Assembly (NCBI GenBank): GCA_964016885.1
Contig: OZ024742.1
Span: forward strand, 316,510,001 to 316,574,000
From: Eledone cirrhosa
Taxonomy: Eukaryota
Direction: 5' to 3'
Length of the DNA stretch: 64,000 nt
Shown here one piece after another: positions 1 through 13,760 of the stretch. The notes beneath the pieces were generated by a model that saw only the letters and a program-made list of their open reading frames with translations, searched no databases and was not told where the DNA came from. Both the position numbers and the translations under genes were made by a program. Every line of letters begins with the position of its first letter. Position 1 is the stretch's first letter.

Positions 1-1415
1 TTGCAGTCACTGAAAATGTAAATTGCTCGTGTTATATGAAGCCAATAAGACAGCTATTTTGAAGAATGTGACAGTGAAGACTTTTCTTCTTCCTTCATTT
101 AATGTTCTTGAGTAACCTCAAGAGAACAAATTACTGAAAACTGCATAAAAACGTCAAAGCTTGATAAAGAGTTTCAGAAAACTTGGCAGATATTGTGGAA
201 TTTTTTTGTGGGTGTGAGATTACTTAAAATAACTACATCAGGTAAATAATGATGTACAGAATCACACACGCAACAATTCTCAATTGAGTTTTGCTTCGTA
301 GTTTGAGAACAAAAAATAGTGGCAAGTGATACTGAAAAAATCTGGTTTTTGCTTATAGACAAGATGTTAGCTATGGAGCTAAACCGCTGCTATTTACATA
401 TAGAATAAATGCTCCGAAGTTTATTTTCAATAAAAAGAAAACAAAAAAAAAACAAACTGCAAAACAGCAAAACAGCTGAAAATATAACTGAAGTGAGCCA
501 ATAGCGTGAAGTTAAATATACCAGTCATGATGTTTTAGGGTTATTAACAGAAATCCACACGGAAACTATTTCTGTGATTTGAATTTTTGTCTTATATTTA
601 AAGAAACACAATAGAAGCCTACTGGCAATTGTTAGCGAATCTCAACGAAATCTGAAATCTATATGTAATATCTCTGTCACTGATGAAGTCACATAAGACT
701 ATAACATATTTGTAGCTGTTAACACAGATAAGATTTCCTTCTATACATATGAATTAATTTGTTGAAATTGATTCTCTATTATCAACACCTTCTTCCAGCA
801 CACAGACATCCATATATATATATATGATATAAGGGGTATCAGGGACGGAGATCAAAATTGATTTTTTATTGTCTCTGATCTCTTCTATTCTGTGCTGAAT
901 GTTCGTATTAAGAGAAGAGGTGAGCTGTGAACTGATCACTATCTAGTTATCTTAAACTTGAGACTACCTAAAGCCAACGAAGCCCACAAAACTGACAGGT
1001 ACAGGTCGACCTACAGAATAAAGTGTGAAGCGTTGGTGGATAAGGAAGGCCCGGGTATGAAGATACTATTGTATTTAATTCAGAGGACTCTCTGAGCAAA
1101 CTAAGATCGTTGAAATGGAGTGGAGATTATCCAGCTCAGCAGTTACTGAGATATGAGGAATCGCAGCAAAGAGAGTAAAGGCGTCCAAATTTAAGACATC
1201 GGGTTAACCTGGAATCCGAATTTCAGATCAACAAATAAGTATTCTGGCAGACCATCCGCCGACTAGAAGTCCTCCACTAGGACGCTGAGGTCACAAGCTG
1301 AGGTCATAAGGCCGTCAGCCTTTCACTATTCAAATTGTTTAATTATTAAACATACCGTATATTTTAAGATATACAAAATTCACATGCATGTATACAGCTA
1401 TGCCGAAGCAATAAA

Positions 1416-2312
1416 TGAGGTGTGTCTAGAAAAGTTCCAGGACTGATGTCACAAAAGATTTATTTCAAACCTAATCTTCACACTAAGAGTTTTCTCCTTC
1501 AATGTAATCACCCTGGAGTATGTAACTGTAATTTTAGCACTCTGCAGCGATCAAACCTTTTTCTTCATAATTTTATATACATGTCCTCTGTTTCAGGTCG
1601 TTAAGCAGTGAGCACAGATCAACGAACAAACTTGAAAACTCCGTCAGAAGCACTGGGATTGCTGCAGCAAGTGTATGGAGATGAGACGATGTCACGCTCA
1701 CATGTTTTTGAGTGGTGCAAGAGGTTTAAAGAAGAATGCGAGGACGTGGAAGATGACCCCAGAAGCGGAAGGCCCTCAACAACCAGGACTGAGGTCAACG
1801 TTGAGCGCGTCGGGCAGATAGTGCGTAGCGATCGTCGGTTGACTGTTTGACTGATGGCAAATGAGCTGGGCTTGAATAGAGACAGCGTCTGGAAGATTCT
1901 CCCTGAAGATTTGGACATGCGGAAAGTCTGCGCGAAGATGGTGCCAAAACTGCTGAACGATGACCAGAAGGGTTGACGCATGCAAGTGTGCCAGGACATC
2001 CTCGAGCGTCTTGAAATCGAACCAGACTTGCTAGGGACAGTCATCACCGGTGATGAATCATGGATCTTAGAGTACGATCCGGAGGGGACCCGTTTTAAAG
2101 ACGTGGACGACATCAAAAAGGCCGTGACGACGGAACTGCGGAGGATCCCGGAAGAATCGTTCCAGGAGTGCATGCAAACGTGGAAGAAAAGGATGGAAAA
2201 GTGCATTAGACTCCAGGGGGATTACTTTGAAGGAGAAAACTCTTAGTGTGAAATTTGCGTTTGAAATAAATCTTTTGTGACACCAGTCCTGGAACTTTTC
2301 TGACACACCTCG
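1416..2312 (+). mobile_element. Tc1/mariner DNA transposon, internally deleted and non-autonomous
   Basis: ~55-bp terminal inverted repeats (gaggtgtgtctagaaaagttccaggactgatgtcacaaaagatttatttcaaac / gtttgaaataaatcttttgtgacaccagtcctggaacttttctgacacacctcg), with TA after the right end. Internal reading frames are mariner transposase-like. Confidence 0.95.
1608..2246 (+). pseudogene. Mariner transposase remnant
   Basis: Motifs VYGDETMSRSHVFEWCKRFKE..DDPRSGRP, KMVPKLL, ITGDESW..YDPE and C-terminal RMEKCIRLQGDYFE. In-frame stops are present, and the catalytic core between YDPE and GTRF is deleted. Confidence 0.93.
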
Positions 2313-2321
2313 TATATATAT

Positions 2322-2366
<45 letters not shown>

Positions 2367-4269
2367 CGTGTGTTTACTATAGATAATTCAATATAGAGGC
2401 TTCTGTAATTTCCTCATCTCATGTTATTCGCTGTTGTTTTTCCGTGTTGTATATAGTGTGTATATCTAAAATGTATGATAATGTAGGGTTCGATTATTTC
2501 TCTATAGGAAATTTCTAATCCTTTGCAAAACTTTAAAATCTTCACATTCGTTTACATTTCTGCGAGAAGAAATCACTGATATCAACGCCACACTCTTCAT
2601 AATAAAACAAACAAAAAAACAAAAACAAAGAAAACCGTTTCCTTCATCTTCCATTAAAAACAAAATTGAAATTAACGATGACGAAATTACATTTGATGGG
2701 ACAAAATGAAGACTGATTATGGCGAAATTGAAGTTGAAGATGAACAATTAGAGATAAACGATGTTGAAATTGCAGTTGATAATGACAAATCTGAGAAGAA
2801 ACCCTATATTTTTAGAAAGTGATTTAAACATACCAACCCGTATATTTGAAATTTAATTTACTCATGTAACGCCTCCGATGTTTCAATTATATCAGATGGC
2901 GATAGTTCCCAGAAACCTATACCTAAATTAATAATATATTTAAAGTATATTTATACACAGAATAAGCGTTGTCTATTTTTTACTATTTCGTAACTACTAC
3001 AAGAATAGATTACAGTAGAACTGATTTCACAGATAGTTCAATTTATATGAGGACGTACAAATATATAAGTTTTATATAAATAAGTGCAGCTACATACAGA
3101 ATATCGTATTTTCATGTACGAGTACCATGCCATATGTATACTGTGTATATTAGAAGGAAGGTTGATGGATGTTGTATAAGTAATTATAGAGAAACTACAC
3201 GGATACAAGAGTTCGGAAGAAATACTGCTGCTCAAGCATGGCTGCGGGCTATCGATTGAAACCAATAAGAGAATGAAATAATAAATAGTATTGAAAAAAT
3301 ACATAATTGCCATATAAACGGCATATAATTTACGACATAGATAAGAGCCTTAACTCTAAACAACGTTATTGCATTAGTTTTCTTGTCATTGGCTAGAATT
3401 CCATACACATGTTTGTTGCAATGTGTTTGTTGCCCATAGCATTGATACACTGTCTATGTTCTCTAGTAGCCGCTTTTAAATGATACAGACTTAACGTTAA
3501 ATTTCAAAGAAATATCAGGTTTATTGATTGTAGTTATTTATAATCAAATCGTCTCTATTATCAGTGTCTATGAAAACTGCTAGAAAATATGATAATTATG
3601 CTACGAAAATGAAATATTGATTTATACTTGGAAAGTTTCAACGTCTGCCGAATAAGTTAAAGAGCTTATAGACATTAATAGAAAAATAAAACCGACATCT
3701 TCGTACTTTTTGTCCCCGTAATAATGATTCATAAGAACTTATCACATATAACTACCCATATAATCAATTTTATTTAAGTACACACATGTACGCACACACA
3801 GGCAGTGACATGAAGTGTGTGCATACATAAACACATACATACGTACACACATACATGCTTACATACATACATAAATACATGCATAATACATAAATACATA
3901 CATACGTACAAACATACATACGTACATACATAAATACATAAATACATACACATGGTCGCTGTCAACTCGTTTTCGAGTACGGCCACTACTTTATATCCAT
4001 GTAGGAGAACCCCTACCGATGCGCTGAACGAGTGTGACTTTTTAGTCCAGCCAGCGACTTGAAAACTCTGGTACAAACACTACACTTGTGACAATTATTG
4101 ACACATAGTGCAGGGCCCATGGTACCATGTGACGACAAGTGTAGAGCGATCTCCAGATATAAAGCAATGCCTGTGCCGTGAAGATTTTATAGTGAGCAAA
4201 GGCACTGCACAAAGCCAGTCCCACTCTCTTAACCAAGATGATATTTACCAAAAAGAAGAACAAGTCAAC

Positions 4270-4560
4270 ATCATTGGATACCATCAGGGTTGCAGGTGCT
4301 ATATCAGAGTTTTCCTTCTCCTAGAATTCTGCCTTGAGAAAGGCTAAGGGGTCATCTCTCTCGGTGATTTTGGATGGCCATTGACTCTTAAGAGCTCCTT
4401 AGCCCTTTGACAGGTTTTGTTTTTAGTCCTGCAGGATGTCCAAAGTCACCTTCCTCACCAAGAAACCTTGATGGGGTTGCCAGTTTAGTCGCCAACGACC
4501 CGACCACGAGACAGGTTGTACTGCGATACATGTTACCAGTAGCACTAACTGGTGACCTGA
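4270..4560 (-). mobile_element. Probable RTE-type LINE 5' UTR fragment or RTE-derived short element
   Basis: Minus strand contains ggcgactaaa and ctaggagaaggaaaactctga, motifs I recall from RTE 5' regions. Motif order is shared with 12785-13148. Confidence 0.4.
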
Positions 4561-4708
4561 CATAAATACATACATACATAAATACATACATACATAAACA
4601 CAATTATATATACGTTCGTACGTACATATATTAATCTGTTTTCCTGTTTGCACATCCAAATCTCTCTCTCTCTCTCTATGTATATATATGTATATACATT
4701 CGGTATTT

Positions 4709-4819
<111 letters not shown>

Positions 4820-5441
4820 CACAAATATACATACTTGTACATGTGTGACTTTGGAGTTTGTAGGTATGTAGCAATCATCCCTATAGTGGTTCTGTACTTC
4901 ATTAATTTACGTGTGTGTAAGTTAGACTCAATCAATAGCCTTTGGAAAGAGGAACCCTACCATATTTTCTTCCCGATGGCATATGACATGAATACAATAT
5001 TAGTAATATTGATATAATATTTCAATGGTGTACAAGGCATTTACATAATTTCAATCAATCTAAAAAGCAACAAACTGATTTATCTAATACACATTTCTAT
5101 AACAAATGTACTCACTATCATGACAAAGCATATAGTGTATCATATATATTCATCAGTAAATGCTTTTAGACAATTTATATATACGCATGGGTATAGCTAA
5201 TGCTGTATACATACAAATGCATGTGGTGTATATATTAGAGATTCAATTTCTCATTACAATCTTCTCATATTTTCTAATAAGGTCACGACAATTCATTTGG
5301 ATCAATTTTCTTATGTTCATACCACTGTAATGAATGAGGCAATGAAAATAACTCAACAATACTCCTGACGTGGAAAACATGAGTGTCTAGAAACGTTACG
5401 AAAATTATGGAACTAGTAACTGTTGAGGCCTTATGAGAAAA

Positions 5442-5625
5442 TTTCAGTATCTAGCACAAGGCCAGCAATTATTCCAGTACATTACTGGTACTTTATTTTA
5501 TCGACCTCGTAAAGATGAAAGGCAAAGTTAACATAGGCGGGATTTTTATTTAGAACGTAAAGGGTCATAACTCTATGCTGCAAAGCATAGCGACCGACCC
5601 CCTTCCTATACTGCTAATCCACCAC
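5442..5625 (-). mobile_element. tRNA-derived SINE, octopus-type family
   Basis: Minus strand has a degenerate B-box followed by the conserved body ...actttgcctttcatctttacgaggtcgataaaataaagtaccagt. Six related copies occur in the window. Confidence 0.85.
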
Positions 5626-5631
5626 TAATAA

Positions 5632-5808
5632 TTGTTTCTAATTTTGGCTCAAGGCCAGCAATCACCCAGTACATTACTGGTGCTTTATTTTATCGACCCC
5701 GTAAGGATGAAAGGCAGAGTTAACCTCGGCGGGATTTGAACTCAGATCGTAAAGGGACGTAACTACGCTGGAAAGCATGTCTGACCCTTTACCAATACTG
5801 CCAATTCA
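5632..5808 (-). mobile_element. tRNA-derived SINE, tandem second copy
   Basis: Minus strand has A-box-like tggcagtattgg, B-box gagttcaaatccc and the same body as the previous copy. Confidence 0.85.
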
Positions 5809-5852
5809 TAATGAATTAAAACTTGAAATAGTCGTTTCGTCAGCTATATATA

Positions 5853-8800
5853 CTTGCAGAAGTAGCCGGCGTTGCCCGGGTGTAAGTCGACCTTTGCTCT
5901 GTTATTAAAATGTGTGAAAATTACTTCCCGCGCATCACAGGTGCAAAATCTTCGAACCTCAAGGAAAAAAACAGAGGTTAGTAGACGCAGGTGTGTAATT
6001 GAGGATAAATAATGGATCAATTGTAGATTTTCAGTGTATCGTTGAAATTGTTCTTTGCACGATTGACGGAAGTCAAATTCACTTGAAATTGAATTTTCAG
6101 TTGATTTTTAAAGCAGGGTGAAAAAGTCGATTTTTTCACAGTTTTTTTTTTTTTTACAATTTTCGTGCTCACATGTGCAGAAGAAGAAATAAAAGGGACT
6201 TTATCTGAACCGCGGTATAATGGCGAGTCTTTTGCAACAGTTTTCAAGAAAATTGGACGTTCCTGTAAAAAGTTTTCCCATGTGCAACTTTGCCTTGTTT
6301 TTTGCGCAAAGTCGAAACCCCGCTTCAGTTTTATTGATACATGAATGCGTGACCTCTGAAATAGATTTGAGTAGCTAAAAACCTGTCCCGGTAAATTTGC
6401 TATAGGTGAAAAATAGTTGATCAAAATTGTGTCTAGGGTTATTGCCCTTTGCAACAGCCTCAACGTGTCTTCAAGTATGGTTTGTTAATTTTTTGTGGAA
6501 CTAAATCGGATTTGGTCAAATCGGACCGAGGAAACAATGTTTCAATTTGTCTTTCTAGCTGGTGTACCCGGTTACACTCGGGGTTATAAGGCGCTGGATT
6601 TAAACGGGTCTGCGCTAAATTCCAGCAGGATGCTTTAACCGAAATAAATGAAGAACAAACGTTTCTTTTTGTGCCCCAATCTGTGATACGGGTATTTTTA
6701 AAAAATAGTCCACTTACATCCATGGAACATGTGTAACGCATGTATCAGGTTATGAGAAAAAGGGTTTTCGATTCTCCATTCATAAGATACCTAAAAATTG
6801 CACGCAAGTAAACCGGGATTTTAAGGCACTGCCCAATTCATAGCTGAAAGGTAAGAATCAAGTGGAATAATGTTTTGCGACATTTTCAAATGTACAACCG
6901 TACAAAAGCAAAGGATATAGCCATTGAAATCTAGGTAGACCAAAGAATTTGGTGGGGTTGTATATCAGATGATTGTTTTCCTTGTGATTCGCATCTAGCC
7001 TACAAAGTGAAGTTAGATGATTGTTGTCGGTGTTGTATCAATAAAAAATAAAAGCATACGGAAGACTGAACACTTACGAATTAAGTGAAAATTACGTTGA
7101 TATTCCTATCGGAGCAACATGCGCCGAAAAACCTGACGGACTGTTGTGTCAATATTGAAATCGTAGAAATTGCGAATCCCGACCTCTAAGATGTAATGGA
7201 TAGGCCTTGGAGGTGACGAGGAAGAATTGGTACAATTGTTTTGCTGAACACGTTGACCATTAATTTAAATAGACTTACACAGCATCATCGTGCGGTTTTG
7301 TTATTTATGGCCATGCTGATGATATTTAGGGGCGTCGCAGGGAATAGATGCGGCGTTGTGAGTCAATTGTGAGGACAGTGGAAGGCACGCTGATCGCTTG
7401 AGAAGACGCGATGCTACACAGAATGCTTCTCGGCCATAATTGACGGAAAGGCATGTCAGGAGAAATGAAAGAGTTGCTTTTCATCCTTTGCTTAGCATGA
7501 TGAACATGTAATTAAAAAGATTTACCATGGACTGTCGTGCACGTTGGTATTGTGTTTAACCTTGCGAAAATCGGTGGTCAAACGGGCCAACATTAAGCCA
7601 TGCTGATTACGTTTAAGCGGGTGGCAAGGAATTGATGCGGCATAGATAGCCATGGGAGTCTTGAAGGAACACGGCGGTCAGGCAAGAGAAAGGGCAGAGG
7701 AGGGGATGGTGGCTGACAGTGCATGGATGTGGCATCCTGAGGCATGACGATGCAGTTGGACGACGGCCAGTAGGCACGTAAGAGAGCAGAGGTGGACGGT
7801 GGCAAGGATGCCGCATGGTGAGCCATGGCAGTCTTGAAGGAGCACTGCGGGCAGGCAAAAGAAAGGACCGAGGAGGGGATGGCGGCTGACAGAGCATTGA
7901 TGCGGCATGGTGATGCATGACGATGCAGTGAGACGACGGCGTGCAGGGAACGGAGAGGGCAGGGGTTGACGGTGACAGGGATGTAACTTGGTCCCTCAAG
8001 ACTGCCATGCCTAGGCAGTGGAAAGGGTCGGGAAGTGGATGGCGGCTGACTGGGCAGGGATGCAACATGATGAGGCATGACGAAAGGGCAGGGTTCATGG
8101 CGGCTGACAGGGCGTGGATGCGGCATGCCAATTGAGTTGCACCTCGGGAATGTAAAGCACGATGATTGTTTGAGAAAACCGGGTGCAAGGCAGGATGTTT
8201 ATCGGCCATACATGATCGGTAGGCTTTGGAGGAGAAAGGGATGAATTTTTGTTTAATTTTGTTAAATATGATCAAAATGAATTTAAAAAGACTTACACAG
8301 GATCGTCTTCATGTTGGGTGCTGCCTTTGGTCTGAGATAATGGGCCGTTATGTGCGGCGCAGGAATAAACCATGCTGATGACATTTGAGCAAGTTGCTGA
8401 CAGGGCAGGAATGCCGCATGGTGAGCCATGGCAGTCGTGAGGGATCAAGGTGTGCGGGCAAGGGAGGGGACAGGGGTTGACGGTGGCTGGGATGCGGCTT
8501 GGTTAGGCATGGCAGTCTTGAAGGAGTACGGCGGGCAGGCAAAATAAAGGGCTGAGGAGGGGATGGCGGCTGACAGATCATGGATGCGGCATGGTGAGGC
8601 ATAACGATGCAGTGGGTCGACGGCGTGCAGAGAAGGGAGATGGCCGGGATTGACGGTTGCAGGATTGACGGTTGCAGGGATTCCGCATGGTGAGCCATGG
8701 TACTCGTGAAGGACCAAGGCGTGCGAGTAAGGGAGAGGGCAGGGGAGGGCATGGCGTCAGGCAGAGCATGGATGCGGCATGGTGAGGCATGACGATGCAG

Positions 8801-9420
8801 TGGGACGACGGCGTGCAGGGAAGGGAGAGGGCAGGGTTTGACGGATGCCTCATTATGCTACGGTAGTGGGACCGCGGGAATGAAGAGAGCGCATGGAGGC
8901 TCGATGATCGCTTGAGAAGACTGGGCGCAATACAGGATGATGCGCGGTAGTATAGTCTTGATAATCCTTATATAAGAAATGGAAGAATCGGCATAAAAGG
9001 TTTGCTGAATATGGTGAGGGTTAATTTAAAGAGACTTACGGTGGATAATCCTGATAGATTGAACGTTTTTTGCATGGCGGGTGTCGCGACAAATGGAAGC
9101 AAGAAGATGGCGTTTTTCGGTTGCCGGACATTTGCCGCTGGGGTCCGATTATTTCAAGTACCCCACGTTGATCCCCGCATCAAAATACAAACCTACGTCA
9201 AATTTCATTGGAATCGGACAAATTTCGTAAATATCGATTTTTGCCTCTGGCGATCCAATTATCGATTTTTCGAAGATTTAATGTAGCCCACATTCATCCT
9301 CGGATCAAAATACACATTTGCATCGAGTTTTATCGAAAGTAGCCTATTCCAATTTACGGGTCGAGTTTTATACATCTGTCAAGTTTCATGAAAATCGGAT
9401 GAAGACTGGAAAATGAACTC
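5853..9420 (-). mobile_element. Probable non-autonomous Helitron-like element
   Basis: Minus strand at 5853-5880 reads cccgggcaacgccggctacttctgcaag|t, a GC hairpin followed by a CTAG-like end. The distal part has aagtttcatgaaaatcgg and caaatttcattggaatcgg motifs typical of Helitron-derived repeats. The distal boundary is approximate. Confidence 0.55.
7620..8850. repeat. GC-rich diverged minisatellite with ~170-190 bp units in two blocks (7620-8130, 8395-8850)
   Basis: Recurring gcatggatgcggcatggtgaggcatgacgatgcagtggg..cggcgtgcaggg and gaggaggggatggcggctgacag motifs. Confidence 0.85.
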
Positions 9421-11422
9421 TTTCTGATTGAAAGCTACCACTGATGCTTTGTTCTGTTTTTTTTTTTTATTTTCCATCACAAAGGGACCTCTGAAACACA
9501 CACACTCTTCCCCCACACACACATGTGTGTATTTTTAGACATACACTCCCAGAATTTCTTTTACAACCCTACTGTTGCCAATCCCATAGAATTTATCTCT
9601 AATTTACAATTTCCCTCTCTGTCACCCCCATCTGAAATCTTGACCTGTCCATTAACACAATTGAGATACACACATATTTACAGAATATTTCCTTTGTCCT
9701 TAAAAACAATTTTGTTCTCTATGAAAAAACACACCCACCACCACCGCTGCTGCTACTATCATCACTACACCACTCTTTCTATACACAAGAGTTCATATAT
9801 TGACAAGGCTGGGGTAGATAAGGACTCCTTAGTCTTAATCATGACAACCTATCCGTGTGCGAGAATTCATAAATTGCCAAGCCTCACAGTAAATTAATTG
9901 TAAATGTAGGAACTCGAGCTGTTATATGGCATTCTTCTATGAGAGAGAAACTCTGTAGTGAAACCTGCAATGTCTGTGATTACTAGCCATCTTGCGTAGG
10001 CTTCTCATCAGATAATATTCATTGTGACTTCAGGAATAGTTTGTCATTATAATCCGCAATACACAAAGGTTTCTTTCGCAGAAAGACTGAATTCTTGGCA
10101 ACATATAGACAGTGGTATTATCTCTGCAGCTATCAGAGTGTTTCACGAATTTGCGGCAATGAAATACCGCCACTATCTATCTATCTATCTCTCTATCTAT
10201 CTATCAATCAACCAATCAATATATATATATATATATATATACATATTTATATATATGCGTGTGTGTGTACGCAAAAATACACATATATACACACAGTCTT
10301 GTGGGTACATTCACCGCCAAAGATGTCTATTACATGCGTAAAATCCTGTGCGTACGACGTAGAAAATTATGTCTGTGATTTTATAAAAATACAGGAAATT
10401 ATCAAGAATAAACATATCTAGAATAAAATTCTTTAAAATATAAATATAAACAAAATTATTGTAGGAGGACAAAGAAATTATAAGAATTACTGCATGGTGG
10501 CCGAAGAGCTACAATAGAATGAACTGATACGAAGCCTGGAGAGACTGAAAGAATAAGGAAATGAGCTTTATAGAACCGAAATATATAGAAAAAATCAAGA
10601 ACGTTTAAACGTGAGCAGAGCTGTAAGAAAATAGTAAGAAAAGAAGAAAATATTAGTCGTTGAGAAGAAGAAATATAAGCATTTATTTAGTTCATAAAAG
10701 AAAGGAAAAACAGCCAAGAGGCAAAGTACACAATATGACGTCAGAAAAGGGTAAAAAACTCGATTTGTTATATCACAGCAACATCAGCACGTCTCAGGCG
10801 TAACTAGATAATTGTGGTAAATTACTATAATGCTTCTTTTGGCACTATCAACTGGCTATCTGTGACGTCTGAACGTGTATTATCCAATTCCAACTAACTT
10901 ACCCTCCGCCTGTTGGTCCAAGCCGATAGGATCTAGAAGTTAATTTGAAGTATTTCATCCATTACACGTTGGTATGTCTGAAAATTTAGTAATTTATTTT
11001 TTTTGTTTCAAGAAAACTTTATCATGAAATACAAAGAAACATTTCTCGCTAAAACACAACTGACATCTGTCAAAAACTCAGTAAGAGTATTTGGATCCAC
11101 ATGATCTAATATTAACCTCTGTATATGAATGAAAAGCAAGTTGAATAATTTCTTCCAAATTGTGTGCAAGTTTTGATTGATATTTTGATTTTCTTAACGC
11201 TTATGTTGTCTTTAAATATCGTCACGGTAGATTTTATTTTTATATTTTCGTTCAGAGATAGCAAACTTAAGACTCGCGAAGTAACGATGTGCCACGTTTA
11301 CAGATTAGTATACAACAAACCGACAACGACTGTGAAACACAAATAAAAATAATTATATAGGCACAGTATATAGAATATTAGTTTTTAATTAAATGCATAC
11401 ATACAGACACACACACACACGC

Positions 11423-11493
<71 letters not shown>

Positions 11494-11726
11494 CACACAC
11501 GACATATATATATATATGTATGTTAGTTAAGTGTGTAATTAGAGTTATAGGCGATGCGCCATTCGAAGAACTTGATGCTGTAGTTACTAAGTCCCTGAGC
11601 TGATCGGTACTGAAACGATTGTAATATGTCAATAAAGATCGATCTCACTTACTGTATATATATAACGAAGGAAGTGTGGTAAGGAGCAAGGTGGACCATA
11701 ACGCACCAGAGTACTCGATACTATGG

Positions 11727-11809
<83 letters not shown>

Positions 11810-11938
11810 GGGGTATTTAATTTGTTGGAGATCCGACAAATATAAATGTTTATAAGGGATTTAGAGCACTCAATAGCTTTCTGGAGTAAATATTCAATGA
11901 TATTAAATAAATGGAAACTATATTTATAAAACCATATT

Positions 11939-12002
11939 TATTTTATTATATATATTTCAAGGGTACCAAAAGACTTTGGAAACGCTTTCTTCAGATAAAA
12001 TA
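11939..12002 (-). ncRNA. Minimal type I hammerhead ribozyme, Penelope pLTR family B, solo copy
   Basis: UAUUUUAU-CUGAAGA-[stem II]-GAAA-UAUAUA-UA|AUAAAAUA. Stem I pairs over 8 bp and stem III is palindromic. Confidence 0.7.
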
Positions 12003-12204
12003 CAAAGTTTGTTTTATAAATAGAGACTTACCCAGGAAAATCATACCTTATCGGTTGGATATTCTCTGGATAGTGGAAATGTATTGGGGATTTTTCAAAA
12101 CTTATGGCTGAATATGCAAATGAATATGTAAATAATTGAAAAACAACCGTTTATTTAAACGACTATGGAGAGAGAGAAGAGAGAAGAGAAGAAGGACAAA
12201 AAAG

Positions 12205-12312
<108 letters not shown>

Positions 12313-12784
12313 TATATTTATATATACATAAATGTGAGCAAGTAGATATATCTATAAACATTTTATTTCTGATGGGTGACAGCAAAAATATTGTTTGAAT
12401 TAATACTTTATACTAAGTGTTAAAACATCCATTATTTAATATCTACCACAGGAAACAACTTTCATTATATTTATATATTGTTAGGGTCTTGTGGCCAATA
12501 ACGAAACAATTATATTTGGAATATCACCAGTCCGTCCTCTTGTTATTTTAATCAAATTAATATTTAACACGGTTTATGTACCAGCCACGGGATTCAACAT
12601 CAACAATAGATGAGTTGCGTAACGTAGGGTGCTTTTCATATTAATACATCAAGGTTAACAAAACGGAATGACCAGTTCTATCAATTGGTAAACCAGAAAA
12701 ACATAAATGTATATACACACATACATATATATATATATCATATATCACGTATGTACATATATCATATATATCATATATATATAC

Positions 12785-13148
12785 TGTGGTCAGATCAGTC
12801 TTCTGCCCGCTACTGGTTCCATGTAAGCCAGTACAAGCTGGTACATGGTCAAGTGGTCAGTGACTAAACCGTCTCCTCTACTAGTTTCTAGTCCGGTGAG
12901 GAGGGTAAACACCCTTTACTCCAGCAATAAAAAAGCAAGAGCTGTTCAGGTCAGATGATCTCCTCAGAATCAAAGGTCATCTAAACCACCTATGGGTTAA
13001 ATAACCTAACCAGCCTGCAATTGGTCAAACGTGGTGAGTATGGCTACAAACGTGGTAAGCATAGCCAAAATCAAATGGAATGCGGTGGAGGTCAGCAAGG
13101 GAGGGATTCCTTCAACAGAAGTGACGAGGCTCTGGATTGGATTGGATA
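12785..13148 (+). mobile_element. Short retroposon-like element ending in a (GGATT)n tail
   Basis: Unique-looking island between microsatellites. Shares gactaaac...ggtgagga.ggt...aaaaa motif order with 4270-4560 and ends in ggattggattgga. Confidence 0.35.
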
Positions 13149-13178
13149 CATTATATATGTATATATTATATATATTTA

Positions 13179-13185
13179 TATCTAC

Positions 13186-13263
<78 letters not shown>

Positions 13264-13662
13264 CCGGCCAACAACTGATTCTTTTTTTCAAATACCACTT
13301 TGGAAGAAGAATCAGGATGGAGAGAGGGGTGCTGTACCCCAGCAAGTTTTATGAAAGGTGGGTGAAAGTGGCGAGAATGGCCCGAGAGAATGGGCCTTCT
13401 CTCTATATCAGCCTGTAGGTTGAGGAAAAGGAGGAGGAGAGGAAAGGAGTACAAGTTCTTCGTACTCCTGGAGATGAGGGTTGCACATTTTTTTTCGGAG
13501 GTATGTGTTACCCATATAAACTGTCTCCCTCTATTGGGGAAAATCGACTAACTTTTAAATTCCATCTGTGATAACATTTTACACGTTTTTATTGGATGTA
13601 AACTTCCCCCTTTGTATTTGTCCCCTTCTTTTGTGCCCCTGTGGCTAATAAAGAAATCTATC

Positions 13663-13760
<98 letters not shown>
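13179..13760. repeat. (TATC)n microsatellite interrupted by a truncated LINE
   Basis: TATC tracts at 13179-13263 and 13657-13760. Confidence 0.95.
13261..13656 (+). mobile_element. 5'-truncated Tx1-like LINE copy
   Basis: Encodes FFKYHFGRRIRMERGVL...FYERWVKVARMARENGPSLYISL, homologous to the end of ORF2 at 19190-19329. The 3' UTR ends in AATAAAGAAA. Confidence 0.9.

Noticed and set aside
672-735. Hammerhead candidate CUGAUGA-AGUC...GACU
   Set aside because: There is no GAAA box and no convincing stem I or III; a decayed relic at best.
6220-6315. Helitron helicase motif (FSHVQLC resembling FSHGQLY)
   Set aside because: The match is short and weak, lies on the opposite strand to the inferred element, and has no flanking helicase motifs.
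7593-8853. Pro/His/Ser-rich ORFs
   Set aside because: They are overlapping frames arising from a GC-rich minisatellite, with no recognisable domain.
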